A DNA stretch of 64,000 nt. Origin: Octopus sinensis. Lineage: Eukaryota. The notes beneath the pieces are model-generated. The model was not told the DNA's origin. It was given only the letters and a program-made list of their open reading frames with translations, and did no database searches. Where the stretch lies: contig NC_042998.1 of the NCBI RefSeq assembly GCF_006345805.1, positions 123,690,001 to 123,754,000 of the forward strand. The letters run 5' to 3'. Both the position numbers and the translations under genes were made by a program. Shown piece after piece: positions 15,685 through 30,404 of this stretch (position 1 is its first letter; the number at the start of each line of letters is the position of its first letter).

Positions 15685-16468
15685 ATTGTGTGTGTATGTG
15701 CGTGCGACCGCGCGATGGCATCTGAGTATGTGTGTCTGGTTGTGTGAGCGTTCGTGTATTTGTGTGTATCTATCGTGCATATCTTTAGCGACAGAAATCT
15801 GCGAAGAAAACAAACTTGAGTCGAAAATCAAGATTTAGGATGGAAACCCATTGATATCCTTGTGTATAGAGTCCAGTGCTCCCAAGCACTCACAAGCGCA
15901 GTTAGCCAGTGATTGATACGCTGTAAGTTTACGTTGAACAATAATTTTGTCAATGGATTCAAATACAAAGAGGACAATGATAGCAGCATAAACAGTTATA
16001 GGAAATTGCAAACATTATCCTTTCACAAATGTCTTCGTATACCTTAAAAAATGTCATTACGAATGGACTGTCTTCCTATTGGTAATCGAAAGAAGATTGC
16101 AGTTGGCTTTAAAACCTTAATATTGATAAAAATATTCGACAAGGACGAAAATAAGAGCATTCAGAGCTGCATATTATTGTGACTGCTGACTCTTCAATAC
16201 CAAAGGAGTCTGTAGTCACTTTCCCAAACTAAATTAACATTTTAACGTTTTATAAATAGAAAACTATTTCGCACCTAGTGTATACTGTTAAGTGCCACAT
16301 AGTCTTTTGAACGCATTTTGTTTGGCATGTTTTCCAGAACTAAATACAGAATTATATTTCTTTATTTAACTTTGATATAATAACTGTTTATTTGCTTTCC
16401 ATTAAACATAGGGAATGGTGAGTACCCTTTGTAGACTTTGTATGTGTGTATATGTATGTATATGTATG

Positions 16469-16544
<76 letters not shown>

Positions 16545-16553
16545 TAATATATA

Positions 16554-16600
<47 letters not shown>

Positions 16601-16651
16601 ATATGTATGTATGTATTTATCTATCTATCTATCTACCTATCTATCTATTTA

Positions 16652-16700
<49 letters not shown>

Positions 16701-17432
16701 TATATATATACATACACACACACATGGTGATATAACGTTACTAATACAACAGCGAATTTGGAAAAATATTTAATGCTTTTATATGTTCAGTACAAATCCA
16801 TAAACCTGTTAAAAATAAATACCATTAAAGAACTAGGTCAAATATCAATATCCATTCTCATACCGTCTATAAGTCTTGCGTAGATGTGAAATATAATCAT
16901 GACTTAATAAATAATTTTATTTAAATGCAGAAGAATACCTCCGAGATTTTCGTCTCTCATAATATATAACAATATTATATATTTGACTTTCTTTGAAATG
17001 TATTTGAAAAGGTTTTCGTGTTTAAAGGGAGGCGATAAGTATAAAATGTAGGGTAAAATTGATTTTCAATGGCTTAAATGTCATATTGATGAATGAACCA
17101 ATGCATAACAGAGTACATATTATTTAAGTAGCAATGAATATCAAGTCGATGAAGCCGAAAATATAATCAACTTGTAGAACGATATTTTCCAGAAACTCAA
17201 TTCGGCACAAAAACACAATTCAATCCTAATATGCAAATGGTTTTATCTATAGGACCATCCACAGTAAACTATTCAATTTAATGTTACGTTATTACGTGTT
17301 ATTTATGCTGTTGAAAGAAAAGTTTTGAATATAGGCTGTTCTATGCAAGCTAGTTTCATTTTATGTTGAATTCTTTAGATGCTTCCGAACATTTATCATA
17401 ATTATGGATGAAAAATAGTTCGTATGTATACA

Positions 17433-17584
17433 CATCGACCTTAGTGTTCAACTGCTACTTATTTTATCTACCCCAATAGGATGGAAGTCAAAGTCTGCCT
17501 CAGCGGAATTTAAACTCAGATTGTAATCCCGGACGAAAGTCCGCTAAGCAGTGGCCCGAAATGCTAATGATTCTGCCAGTTTGC

Positions 17585-17587
<3 letters not shown>
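17433..17587 (-). mobile_element. Decayed copy of the SINE seen at 54412-54644
   Basis: Its reverse complement aligns by eye with ctggcagaa..ctgagttcaaa..gaggtcgactttgcctttcatcct..gataaa..agtaccag. Confidence 0.7.
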
Positions 17588-17675
<88 letters not shown>

Positions 17676-17704
17676 ATGTGTGTGTGTATACATATGTGTG
17701 TGTG

Positions 17705-18600
17705 TTAAATAAAATTAGACGACAAAGGCAAGGGTGTATGGAATTTTCAGGACATTTATAAAGAGAGAATTAGTCTTACAGCTGTTTCTGAGATATTAGG
17801 GATATTCCTTACATCAGAGACGATGTGGGATGGTTAAATAGAGGGAAATATTAGAGTTCAATACTAGGAGTTATTTTTGTAAAGAGGCAAATATGATGTA
17901 TATAGGGAAATAGGAGAATGAATGTAGAAGTAAAAATTAAAAATGTATAAAGATGTTGGAGTTCCATTATCCAAGGAAAGTGGTGTGTAGAAGTGGTAGA
18001 AATGCTTCCTCTCCGCGGTATGTGAATTCCATTTGGATATCATATTTTGTCATCACAAATGGAAAGTGGGGAGACGTAGATTACATGTACTGCTCATTCA
18101 AAGGTGTCTTGTGGTGTGAATGAAAATTTGAGAATGATATTAGTAGTAGTAGTAGTAAGTGGATAGAGAGAGAAGAGATGTGTATGTTAAAATGAAGAGA
18201 GGGGTCAAAAGAAAAGGTGAGAAAAGAAGAAGGAAACTAAGTGGAAGACAATGAAAACAAAAAGAGAAGAGGAAAAGTGTAAGAAAGTGAAAAAGTGAAA
18301 AGAGAAATGCTAGTTAGTTGAGGGATAGGAAAGGGTAGGAATGTAAGTAATAAATATGTGTGAAATGTATGATGTCGGGTGATAGGTTAGAATGTCATTA
18401 AGTGATAGGTACAAAAAAGGTATAGCAGGGGAGTTTCTAAAGTGAGTAGCAAATCGCAAAATGGAAGGGAGGAATACTAAGAATGGTCAAGTTTCTATAA
18501 ATAGACTTATGTGCTTATTCTATTGGCTAATGTGATAGCGTGGGTAGGGGAATCAGTGAGAAAGAAAGACAGCAGTGTATATCGATATACGCACGCACAC

Positions 18601-18631
<31 letters not shown>

Positions 18632-18713
18632 CGTATATACATATATACTCATACGCATGCATGCATACACATGTAAACATAGACATACATACATACACAC
18701 ACACGCACACACA

Positions 18714-18754
<41 letters not shown>

Positions 18755-19228
18755 TCACAATAAGGGTGAAACAATTGAATATTAATTAATAACATCAATT
18801 TAAAACACCAAGTGGCCTAGCGTATAAAGACTGGGATACAGTAAAGATTATTAATACAAGTAATGAGAGAGAGTCCAAATGCGGTCAATCTAACGCTAGA
18901 TATAGATGCACGAAGGGAATCAAGCACTAAAGAAATGTTCTCGAGAATTAATTCAACGCGCCAAGAATGTAAGCGAGCAGAACAAATGAAGAATAACGAA
19001 AAAATAGATTAACTCTATACAATTGTTTCACCGTTAATAGATTGTGTCATTTTACTTACATAATCATTTTCGGATCTTCAGTCGAGTATATCAAAAAAAT
19101 ATAATTTGCTGAGTCGAACGCCAACATCCACACGAAGCCGAATAAAGGCGAATGGCACAGCCGATTATATCTGCAGTTACGTTCAAATATCCTCATTCTC
19201 GCGCGTTGAAAAAACTCTCTCTCATTAC

Positions 19229-19275
<47 letters not shown>

Positions 19276-19970
19276 CATACGCACATACATCCGCATACGT
19301 ATGCGTATGCATGTTCCTATATACAGTATTAAACAATTAAAATAAGACTGGAGAGTTACAATATTAATGGAAAGTTAAATAGGGTTGTTGTGGAATACCT
19401 AAGTGGTGTTGGGGATATGTGCTGTGTGGTCATTTAGGTTGCATTTAGATTTGTGATAGAATCTGAAGGTATAAAAAAAGTGGTTGTTTCATTACCTAGA
19501 GTCTCATTATATTTATTTAGTAGTATTGAAGAGTTGTGTTTTAATATGTGAAATACCTCTTTTAGGCATATCTTACAGGCTGAGCGTTGACTTTATTATG
19601 GAAGCCCTGAATCTATTATGGACTATGACAAGATGTAGGGAATATTTCTATTTTTCAGGTGATGTATGTTAATGGCGAGTGTTGTGGATTTACTGTGTTT
19701 CTCGTATCTAAAAGAATTGATATGCGCAGCGTATACTTGTTTAAAATTTATAGTTGATCCTATATATATTTAGTTGTAGAATTGTGTAACGTGTTGAGGA
19801 CGGTGCATTTATAAATTACATTAGACCTTCTGCAATGGCTTTCTAGAAGGCACATGGTCCAAGGACGGCAGTTACATGGTAGTGCATTGTGGGGATTATT
19901 CTCAAGAATGGAGGGGTTATTCTGTCAGAGGAGAGGTTAGAGATAGGGGTAGATTGGTCGATTTTATTAA

Positions 19971-20011
<41 letters not shown>

Positions 20012-20690
20012 TATTATTATTATTACTATTTCTATGATTGTTGTTATTCATCCTATCTGTAATAGTGGCGGAAGTTGTGGTAGTAGTATTCTGGTTAGTG
20101 TTAGTGGTATTAGTTAGGTTTCTGTTTTGGTCTAATGTATAGGATTTTATATTGGAGCTATGTATATGTTGGGCGCTCATGTATTCAGAGTTGTTACAAT
20201 GTAAGTTTTGATAATAGAGAGAAACTTTTTGTTTATTAGAGGCTGTTACGATAGACTCAAATTTGGGCGGGAAGGAGTAGGATAGCTTTAAGATAGATCT
20301 ATTAAAGATGGAGCAATATTTATACTGACGAGGGAAGTTGGAGTCAAGTATATTAAAAAAGATTTAGCTAAGTTTCTAACGTTTAGTGAGAAGGGTGGTG
20401 TATACCATAGAATAGAGCGTCCAGCGCTTTCTTTTTGGTTGCTTAAGGTTAGTGTTATCTATACATTTAGAAATTAGAGGGGGATAATACGGCCCGTTAT
20501 TGTTAGCTGTTTTAGCTTTTGACCTAGTGTTATATGTGTACATGTGAGGTCAAAGTTGTCTTAATCTGGGTTTTATCGGGGTTCTAGTATACTGTATGTG
20601 TGGTCTGTTGTGATGGTTAGCATGTCGTTGTGATATGATTTGAGATATATGCTGTTTGAGCCTAGTATTAGGGATGTATATTCTATATGT
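17705..20690 (-). mobile_element. Naiad/Chlamys-type PLE, 5'-truncated: GIY-YIG endonuclease remnant (~19450-20430) plus long 3' region with hammerhead
   Basis: ILWYTPPFSLNV..ILDSNFP..KY.SIFNRSILKLSYS; CNCRPWTMCLLESHC..NVIYKCTV..YIGST..H..SF; CKICLKE..LLNK. The clade call rests on remembered motifs. Confidence 0.75.
17773..17821 (-). ncRNA. Type I hammerhead ribozyme, core mutated
   Basis: Minus strand: gtct-CTGATG(t)A-aggaatatccctaatatctca-GAAA-cagctg-TA-agac. Stem I is gtct/agac and stem III is the palindrome cagctg. Confidence 0.7.
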
Positions 20691-20768
20691 TGGGAGAAGC
20701 CGCTGGCGGCGAGCGCTTGGATGAAATATGGCGCGTGATTATCGAACAGTGGATGAGAAACATATATA

Positions 20769-20834
<66 letters not shown>

Positions 20835-21099
20835 TAAAGTTCTTATGTTCAGTTATAGTAAAAACAAACTTATATAAATATGATGGCTTACACCATACTT
20901 TCGTAAAGTGCAAATTAATAATTCTTAACTAAGAATGTCTGAAGAAGAGAGAGAGAGAGAGCCAGACAGACAGACAGAGCATCTATTAAAAACCTGGCAT
21001 ACGTGCAATTTTTGCTTTTGCATAGAAAAGCTAATTTTTTGTGAAATTGATTCATGCATTATGTTTATATTGATTAAAATTAACATATATGTCTAACGT

Positions 21100-21850
21100 T
21101 GTCATCAGTTTCCCATGATTTTTTAAATCTTTTAGTTCATACTTTCTTGAATAATGCGAATAAATTCGTACATTTTTTTTTTCATGAAGTGTTACAAATA
21201 AAGATAAAGTCCATTAGAATTTTCAGAATTGAAGTTTTGATTTAATGATCTGTAATGCTGTACAATAGAATTCATATCTGGAGAATCTCTCGAATAAAAC
21301 AATATCTCATTTCCATAGTCTCTGCTTTTTTCACTAATTTGGTTAACTACATAGGAGAACGATTACAAATTGAGCCGAATTCTTCAAAATTCGAAAGATA
21401 TAACGATATACTTTTGTTAAACATTATTTCTAGTAATACTGTATAATGATTAAGGGAATAAGTTGCCCAGCAACCAGATAAGAAAGACACACCGAAATTA
21501 TACAACAGCTTCCGAATCAAATTTGCAATTTTAAGCAATATTCATTTCATTCTACAGATGACCTTCTCGCATGTCAAAGCAACAGAGTCGCAGAATATCG
21601 AGATTTTCGGTTTTATGTTTTTTACCAGCACATTTTTGTTATTTACCAAATAATTGTTCCAACAACACATTCTGGATTATTGACGCAAGTATCGAATGTT
21701 TTGTTATAATACATGATTCTTTTTCAAGAATACCATTATTCAATGAACAAGTGAGGGTTTCATTGTTTTTAATACAAGGTTTTCTTTGATATTCAAAAAC
21801 AATTTTCTGCTTTTCTCCCTCTCCCTTTCTGGAATTGACACACCTTTCAT
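21100..21850 (-). mobile_element. Possible highly decayed Tc1/IS630-like transposase
   Basis: EILFYSRDSPDMNSIVQHY resembles VLFLPPYSPDLNPIE..W. The rest is riddled with stops. Confidence 0.25.
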
Positions 21851-23418
21851 ATATTTAAAGATACTAATCTCAGTATAATGGCTAAGGAATTAAACGTCTA
21901 TTTTTATCTTATCTTTTTGACAGCTTTCTTTTGATGTTCCTGAACTGAAAAATAAACCCATCAAAGAAAGAGAGAAATGTTTACCTCCTTTAGTGAAAAC
22001 TATCGAATTTAAAAGAGAAAAGAAAATGCAGCGTGTAATTGAGAAAGCCGATAGAAAATGATAAAAACTTCCTTGAAAAAGATGTTTGTGGATAATATAT
22101 TTCTCCATGCGAAATTAAGTAATAGTACTCAAGTGAGTACTAAATACAAAGGCCTAATTTTTAAGTCAGCTATTCTATTTTTCACTATAGTAAAAAACAT
22201 ACACATACACATTTATTGTGGGAGCAAAGTAATAATATACTTAAAGCCACTATGTTCATTTTTGTGACCAAATTATGCAACTTCTACCTAATACAAGTGA
22301 AAAGGTCCAATGCTCTGTTTTAATTTTAGCTATTTTAATACAAAATTGGCTAAGTAAAAAACGTTTCGATAATATATGTGTAAAAATAGGAGAGTAACGC
22401 ATACATGCAAAGTTTAAGCTTTGCAGTGTTTGTAATAATCAAATATTAATTACACTTCAATTGAAGTTTTACTCGTGAAATATAAAATACTGAAAACCTC
22501 GTCAAGGTTGGACCAATAGAATAAAAAGAACTTATGAAGTAATAATTGGTTAAATCGGAATGTACATATGTGTCTGTGTGTGCGTGCGCGCTTGTGTGTA
22601 TATGTTTGTGTTTGTCTTTGGATCTTTGTGTGCGCGTGTTTGAGTATTTGTGTGCGTGTGTTTGAGTGTTTAAATGTGTGTGTGTGTGTGTGTGTGTGTG
22701 TTTGAGCGTTTGCGCGTGTTTGCGTGGTGTGTGTCTATGTTCGTCTGGGGCATATATGCAAATAGTCTATTTGCTGTGTTGTGGCGTAGTACATCTGAAA
22801 AAAAAATGAAATTTATAATTAAATGCACCTCCGATAAAATAAACATTATCGGTCGCACATACACGTTGTATGTGCACTTTTGTGCGAGATAGCGTCTTGA
22901 GAAAGCTCACTACAAAATGCCGAGTGTTCAAGAATGCTGAATAACACTGACGAGATATACAAGGAGCGAAATATCGATATATAACATTCTTAATCACATC
23001 GGGCGAGTTGCTTCACCTGCCTACGACATTCAGTGATCTTTAACACTCAGTATCGTTTAGGGAGCTTTTCCTTCATGCTATGACGCAGAAAATTGGCATA
23101 TAAACAAATCACATACACTATGGATGTACAATCGATAATGCTTGCATAATCAGAGCAGATTTTCATTCGAAATCTAATAAATAAAAAAGTGAATAAATAT
23201 GTGTATGTATTTATGTACATATGGTTGTCTGTCTGTATGTATGTGTATACCTGTATGCATGTATGTGTATATGCTTGCGTCACAGACAAAGAAACAGTAC
23301 AAGTGTTTAATTTCCTACCCATATACATACATACTCCCGCATACAGATAGACTCAAACACAGTATATACTCACAGGCGCACACACAGAAACGCACAAGCA
23401 CAAATCCTCTCTAATATG

Positions 23419-23474
<56 letters not shown>

Positions 23475-25399
23475 TAGATACATACATACATACATCATAC
23501 ATACATACATACATACATACATACATACATACATACATGCATACATACATACATACATACATACATACATACATACATACCTACATACATACATGCAGTA
23601 GTATATTTTTTTCTCTGAATATACTTTCTACGTGTGTTTGTGCTTGAAAGTATATGTATTTGAGTGCATGTAAAGAGAAACGCATATATACTCACAATAT
23701 TGTATATATTATTGGTAATTCAAAAAGTTGTGGTAATAATTCAACGCTCATCAGAAGTCTACGCAATGAGTTGTCAATTTTGATATTAAAATTATACGTT
23801 TATCAGTAAAGCAGAGATATATAAGAAATAATTCAAATAGCAATAATAAATGGCAAATAGAGAATAAGTTGTTCTGGGCTTGACAGCTTGTCATTATAAA
23901 GATACTCTTGCAGTTGATTAATAAACATTGATAAACAACTCGGTTGCAAAATGACAGTACTTTTACATTCACACACAAATATATATTATAAGCAAATGCA
24001 CGCACATGCATATATAATTGTGTTTGCGCTTGTTAGTGTGTATGTACACACACATACACACACGGACACAGGTACAGAAAAACACACATGTACATATATG
24101 TGTCTGTGTGTGTGTATATGTGCAGTTGTTTATAATTATCTATGTGCGAGAGGGTTGACCTTGCGTGTCCATATGTGTCTGCATTCTTTATTGATTTGCT
24201 TATTGTCACGCTATATTTGAAAGAACGTGCAATTCCTTAGACACAGTCACGCATTAAATTGGGCATACACAGTGGAATAGGTGTAATATATAGCGATAAA
24301 TATTTGCATACATATCTGCTTGCAGAAATCTCACACAGTATAGAGACGATATCATATAAACGCATAACGTAATACTTACAGTCTGAGATTTACTGGGGTA
24401 AACTTGGAAAAGTGCATTTAAGTAGATCCAAATGTGTACTCACACATACACATAATGCATACATACATATATCTGGGGTGCGCACGCGATTATGTTTATG
24501 TATGTGTATATGTAAGTGATTTGCATTCACATATCTATACACATATATTCATATGTGTGTGTATGGTGTCGGAACTGTGGTGACTTTTGCGCATGTCCAC
24601 TATATGTTTTTTCCTTTATTCCGTGTATACCTTAGTCCACGTCCTGTGCCACATTTTATTAATGTGTGTGCATGCATACGTGTGTGATTTTTGTGTGAAT
24701 TTTGGATAAATGTATTAGTTTAGAGGTGCTTACATGTATTTCCATTTCACTATAATCGCTAAATGTAGAATTTGCGCTCTGCAGCAGAACAATAACCCAT
24801 TCCCAAAATTTAACATCTCTCTAATAAATCAATTAAAACCTGTCATTTCAACCAGAATATAGTTCATCCCCAATAATTCCACCTTTTCCAAACTGTTTGA
24901 TTTAAATCCCGAGTAACTGTCAAAAATATGTTGAGTTAAAGAGTGTTTCAACCTGTTTACACCCACCCAAAGCTTTCAGATACCTACACTGTGACTTGAG
25001 TTTCCAAAGAGACTTCTCTTAATCTCCCCAACAGTTGTGAAGAATCTAGCTCAGGACAAAATCTTGTGTAAATCATCAACTTTTGATATATTGAACAAAT
25101 GTGCAGCATGCATGCACACTCAAGCTCACATATATTTATAAATACCACTGTTAATTATCAAACCTGGAGTACTGACGAACTATTTCTTTTCAGAACTAAC
25201 CGAAAGGAACATAATAGTCCTCTCGATACACTGTCTTTATTCAACAGAATAATATAATTGCTTTTACTATTATCATAAAGGTTGTACATGATGATGAGAT
25301 AGAAATATGTATAGCATCCATTTCCTAAATGTATGTTGTTGTATATTCCATTGGTACTACAATAGTTTACTCAGGCTTCAGAAGGAATTTCGCCGGCGA

Positions 25400-25755
25400 A
25401 TTGCTATCGAACGTAGGATTAGCTATATACTTGGTAGCATACAATGATCTACCAAATGTTTCAAACATTATAGATAATCCCCTAGAAATTTTGCCGAACG
25501 AATATTACAAAATCAACTGTTCTTTTATGTTCATAAGCAGAAGAACATTTTGAATTCTCCTCTTTATGAATTCAGCCGAGTAAACGTAGTGTTAAAATTT
25601 TCTCAACTGCATTCTTCTTTCTATCTTTTAGTACTTTCATCTTGAAACTGAATACTCTGGAAATGTATCTGGTGATTCATCTAATGTCTGATGTACCTCA
25701 AATTCAGCATCAAATTCTGACCAATATGGATTACATGGTGTAAAATAGAATTTTA
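25400..25755 (-). mobile_element. Possible piggyBac-like transposase N-terminal remnant
   Basis: Coding-like minus frame FTPCNP..ESPDTF..NVLLLMNIK resembles the PGBD pattern F..LLLLMGI. Weak. Confidence 0.2.
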
Positions 25756-26229
25756 ATATAGATACCAATTACAACCAATTAGTGTGTCACTTTACAAATC
25801 GTCTGTGAGGCCTTAATACTAACTACTTTTAGTTCCCACTGATTATTTCTACCCATTCAAGCCTACCATATTCGTTCTTATAGTTTACCTTAAAACCGAA
25901 ACATTTCAAAATCTATTATCTTATGCTTTACTATGTGCGCAAAATAATCAAGCATTCCAAGTGTTTATTATTCACCGCAATGAGCGACATGTATGAAAAC
26001 CTTCATTCTGATTCGGTAGCTACTTTTTTCTGCTCCACATAGAATTGTTGTTAATTTATGAAAAAAATAGGATCATTAGACTTTCTGATAGACTATGAAA
26101 CAAGGATAGCATTGAAATTTTGCGAACAAGAATTGATGAGTTAACTCGTAGTACGTAAATGTTCCGTTTTTCGCTATGTTCAAGCAACCAGTCGTTTTGT
26201 ATACGTACCAGAATCCATTTATTCAAAAG

Positions 26230-26533
26230 TAGCATAATGTTTCGTTTTTGGATTTGGTTTGCAAGATTCTTTATATGAGTTCGTGTGTTGAAGCATATTC
26301 TGTTGTGTCCGGGGACAGTCATTTCCTTTTTGTGCCTTATAATTTAACATACTCACCGGTAAAATTTCCACTTTTTTCTTATTTTTATTGAGAGTCAAGA
26401 CTATTGAAAAGTTTGCAACACGCAACGAAAATATTAGGAAAATAAGAAATAAGTGGACATTTTTACCGGTGAGTGTGTTACATTATAAGGCACAAAAAGA
26501 AAATAACTCTCCCCAGACACAACAGCATAATAT
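26230..26533. repeat. Fold-back (inverted) copy of a dispersed repeat, probably a PLE pseudo-LTR
   Basis: Arms 26294-26385 and 26439-26533 are imperfect reverse complements. The same unit recurs at 50590-50776. Confidence 0.8.
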
Positions 26534-27779
26534 GGGTTCTATGTTTAGTTGGAAATTTCAATCACATTTTAAAATTTCGGCAAAGGAATGTTGCATTAAA
26601 GAAATGCAATAATCCATTTTAAAGAAATATGAATACATCACCTTTTATATGCAGTGTCTGTGTCATAAGATGCCATACTCGTAGTATGTCCCACATGAAG
26701 TGAAAGTTAATCGCATTCGGTGTCGCATTTCCTGTTTATGCTTATTCTTTCCTTATTGCTTGTATTACGGTAATTCATACAGATGAAATGCATGCATATT
26801 AAAATGTTTGTATCAAAAAAGAAAACAAGAAAACAGTAACAAGCATACGAATATAGAATAGTTAACTGAATCTCAAGTTTGGTCCAACGGTTTATGTTAA
26901 ACATTCAATAATTACCTTTAGAGCAGAAAAAAAGAAAGTAACAGGAAAAACGATTTATGCCGTACTGCAGCTAGCAGGAAACACAACTCAACTTCTCACA
27001 TTACATTGCGCTGTGTGTAAGGGATCATTTGCAAATAATGTTGGAGACTTGCCATCAATGAACAACAAACACAGAAAAGGCTAATTTGATTCTGGGACAA
27101 GAGCGTGAGAACCGGTAATTGCTGATAACAAGTAGGCCGTGCACCAGCACCGTAGAAAAAAGGTAATTAATGTATTATTAAGTGACAAGCTATATAAAAT
27201 GGAAACAGTGCGTTAAAATGCAGTCCAATTATAATGTTGCCCAATTATTTACACTAAGTAATAACCTATGATAGCTCTAAATGTTGTTGTGTGGTAGCCC
27301 AATATTTGTATACACTCGCATGGTCTTGTATGTAATTAATAGGATCATAAATATTATATATATTGAATCTCTTGAGGACAAGCGTCTGTTAAGGGGCTAT
27401 TAAGTTTGAAAGGAAATATATCTTGTAGTCTTAACCTTAATATTCCAAAGTTTTAAAATGATGACAGCGTTGCTAGATGTTTGTGTACGAGAAATATTTC
27501 CAATGGAAGCAATGTACATAATAATTATTCTTGGCTATGAAACTTTAAACTTACGCATTATTGATGTATACTACATAAGAAAATATGCTGTAGATATAGT
27601 AAAAATCGACGTAATATGTAAATCAAAATTACATCAAGGTTTTATTTAGACTTATTGGATTTGCAAATAGCTTTGGTTTAAAAGAATAACATAATCAATA
27701 CATTCTTTTGTGAAATATTAAATAACTATGTCATTTAAATTTCTGTAATGATCAAACACTTAATATTTTTACCAGTCAA

Positions 27780-28340
27780 GTGTGTATACGAAAGTTTTGA
27801 AGTCTGCATATATAGAGCGGGTAGTATTTTCAATGTCATTGACATTGATAGAGATAATCTGAAGCAGTTGCACATTATGGACAGTGAAAAGCCTTTTGAA
27901 ATCCACTAACACACGTATCGTTCTTTGCTGAGATGGTTGCAGTGAGTTGGCAAAAAGTCAAAATAGGTTCATGTGTGGAACGGTCTATGTGAAAGCCGTT
28001 TTGGTTTGATTTGAGTAGCTTTCTGATAGGGTCTCGAATGCTCAGCTTGAATTCCAATGGAGCTTCACTAGAAATATTCGCAGAATTTAGAATCGGAAGA
28101 AATAAAAGAAGTAAATAGGGATTCCCAGCGGTGAGGTTATTGTCACAACAAAATTGTCCGTGGGTGTTGTGTTACAGTTGAGCAGCTTTTCAAACTTTGA
28201 TTCCCAACCATTTAATTCATCTTGCGGATAACCTATTGTTGATGTTGGGTTACATTCGTGACCAGACAAGTTTCTGTGGCTTTCCATTCTGTGGTAATTT
28301 AACTGCTGTCATCTGATTCTTTTATAATGTTGATCTGCTC
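27780..28340 (-). mobile_element. RTE-clade LINE RT fragment
   Basis: IRDPIRKLLKSNQNGFHIDRSTHEPILT..QKAF matches the LR.NQNGFR..RST..QIL and DF.KAFD region of RTE RTs. Confidence 0.7.
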
Positions 28341-28456
28341 TTCGATGCGCACTTTTTTTTATTTGTAGTGTACAGCTTAGCTAAAACGAAGGACCAAGCT
28401 ACTACAGAATTTAGTGTTACAGAAGTCTTGGTATGCCGATTTGCTTGTTTCACTAG

Positions 28457-28536
28457 CTACGACTTCACGAATCACCAACTTCGAGTTTATGAATCGCCAA
28501 CTACGACTTCACGAACCACTGGCTACGACTGCATGA
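28457..28536 (+). repeat. 22-bp minisatellite, ~3.6 copies
   Basis: ctacgacttcacgaatcaccaa / cttcgagtttatgaatcgccaa / ctacgacttcacgaaccactgg / ctacgactgcatga. Confidence 0.85.
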
Positions 28537-28639
28537 TAGGTTCGCGAAATTGTATTGAAACTGCCGCCGGGAAACACTCACAGGAAAACTTATCCTCAAA
28601 CACGGTCTACGTGCGGTAAATGAAAAACTACGTTAGTGT

Positions 28640-30200
28640 AAAAAATTACATGAGCAGAAAAAGGTAAACCGAAAGTTTACTCGAAACCTACAAGCTGTAT
28701 ATCGCAGTATGGAAGGCAACACCATCGAAGCAGTAAAGGCTTCTCCCCAGGAAGATCAGAGTCATTTTGGCAGGGAATATGGAACGTAAACAAAGCACAC
28801 CATCGCGATAAAACATGGTTAAACAACCTACGAAGTGAGTACTGTGTAAATGCCTCTTCCAAAACATACAGCATCACTAGTAAAACATTCCTGACGCTTA
28901 TTATTGCCGAATGGAAAATCATCTAGGGGAGACCTGATAGTAGGCTGCATGTAGAAAAAGCTCACGTTCTACAGAGAAATTCTTACGAACTCGTTTAAAA
29001 TAAACAATGGACGATGAGCTAAATATACCAAATTGGCTGACGGTTGCATGGACTACTCTTACCCCAAGAACAAAGAGATCCCTGTGGCCCCAAAATAATT
29101 AGAACTAATTACAACATTCTCACGAGTTTAGGCAAGGTAAATGCTTATACGTGATAGTCAACTCAGATTTACGTAAGACAAAATGATAGCGGTAGTTGCA
29201 TAAGGTCAGTCCAAACAGCCTTTGAATATTTCATTGTATCACTCAGACAGCACCTGTTGAACAGTAAATTAAGAAAGCAACATCTTCAGAGGTGGAGAAG
29301 AACTACTGTGCAGGTACTATGAGAATACAACTGTCTCCTGCAACCCAAAGGAGGATGTAGTGGTCTACCTAAATAGAGGTTTAGAGGAGAAGCTGGCATC
29401 ATGCCAACAAAGGACAATGCATGGGTACATATCCCGTCAGCTAGAGTAAAACGACATTCACAGGAAGATTAGCCCCTCCTGGACCTGCAACAGATATATT
29501 ACATCCAACCTTGGCGCATATGCCTTCCCTATCCAGGAACATATCTATTAAGCACCTGATAAACAAGACGGACAGAGATACTGCCAAGCCTCCACCTTCC
29601 GATAAAAAATGTCGGCTCTGCTATACCAAGTGTGGAAAATAGGACCCACATCAGCAGCAGCTGCCCCAAAATGTCTACGAAATACTACCTACCTCCTGAG
29701 GCATGATAGAGTTGCAAAGACTATTTACAATGATATCCGTAGGAAGAAGTGCCTTGATGGATACAGCAAAGGCATGTCAGAAACAGCAGGTATTCACACC
29801 TTTAAAATCAAGGAATACTGGTGGAACATCCCGATATAAACATTAATTCGGAGGAAACATAACAGACTTTATATTGTTCTGTGGGACAGGCAACACAAGT
29901 CATGCACTGTTGAATTTAGCTGCCCAGCGGATGTGAGTTTACAAATATCCAAGAAAAGGAGGATATTTATAACAACGAATTAATGCGGAACTTACAGCTC
30001 TTGTACCCTGACTATGAATTCTTCTTTGTACTTCTCATCATAGGTGCATTAGGCTATGCAGCAACAAATTTGCACAAAAACCTGGAAATACTCAGTTCAC
30101 GGAAATAGAGCAACAGAAACTGACACGAGTTCTCCAAATCCAATCTATTCGTGGCACAGTGAATATTTGTAAGAGGTTCAAAAAATTCTCCTTCGGAGAT
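28640..30200 (+). mobile_element. R4/Dong-clade LINE remnant with restriction-like endonuclease, internally deleted
   Basis: FWQGIWN..H..WL; IPNWL..TTLTPK; YLLRHDRVAK; WWNIPI..KHNRLYIVLWD..EFSCPAD (cf. HNRPDIV); LIIGALG. Confidence 0.8.
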
Positions 30201-30404
30201 TCTAATATGAATAGATGCATACACGTGGGTGTCTGCATCGACAGTTAAACCAACACACAAACCGAATACCGGGAGCTCTCTTAGCTCAAAAACGCTTGTC
30301 GCTTTGTTAGTCACCTGTTTCAAATCTCTCAAGAACTTAAATTAAACACAAAGAAAAATTACACACACACACACAACACACACACACACACACATATATA
30401 TATT

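Noticed and set aside
19054-19083. Minus-strand CTGAAGA-tcc-GAAA
   Set aside because: Stem II is absent and stems I and III are weak.
28457-28536. CRISPR-like repeat array
   Set aside because: The repeats are contiguous with no spacers, there are no cas genes, and the context is eukaryotic.
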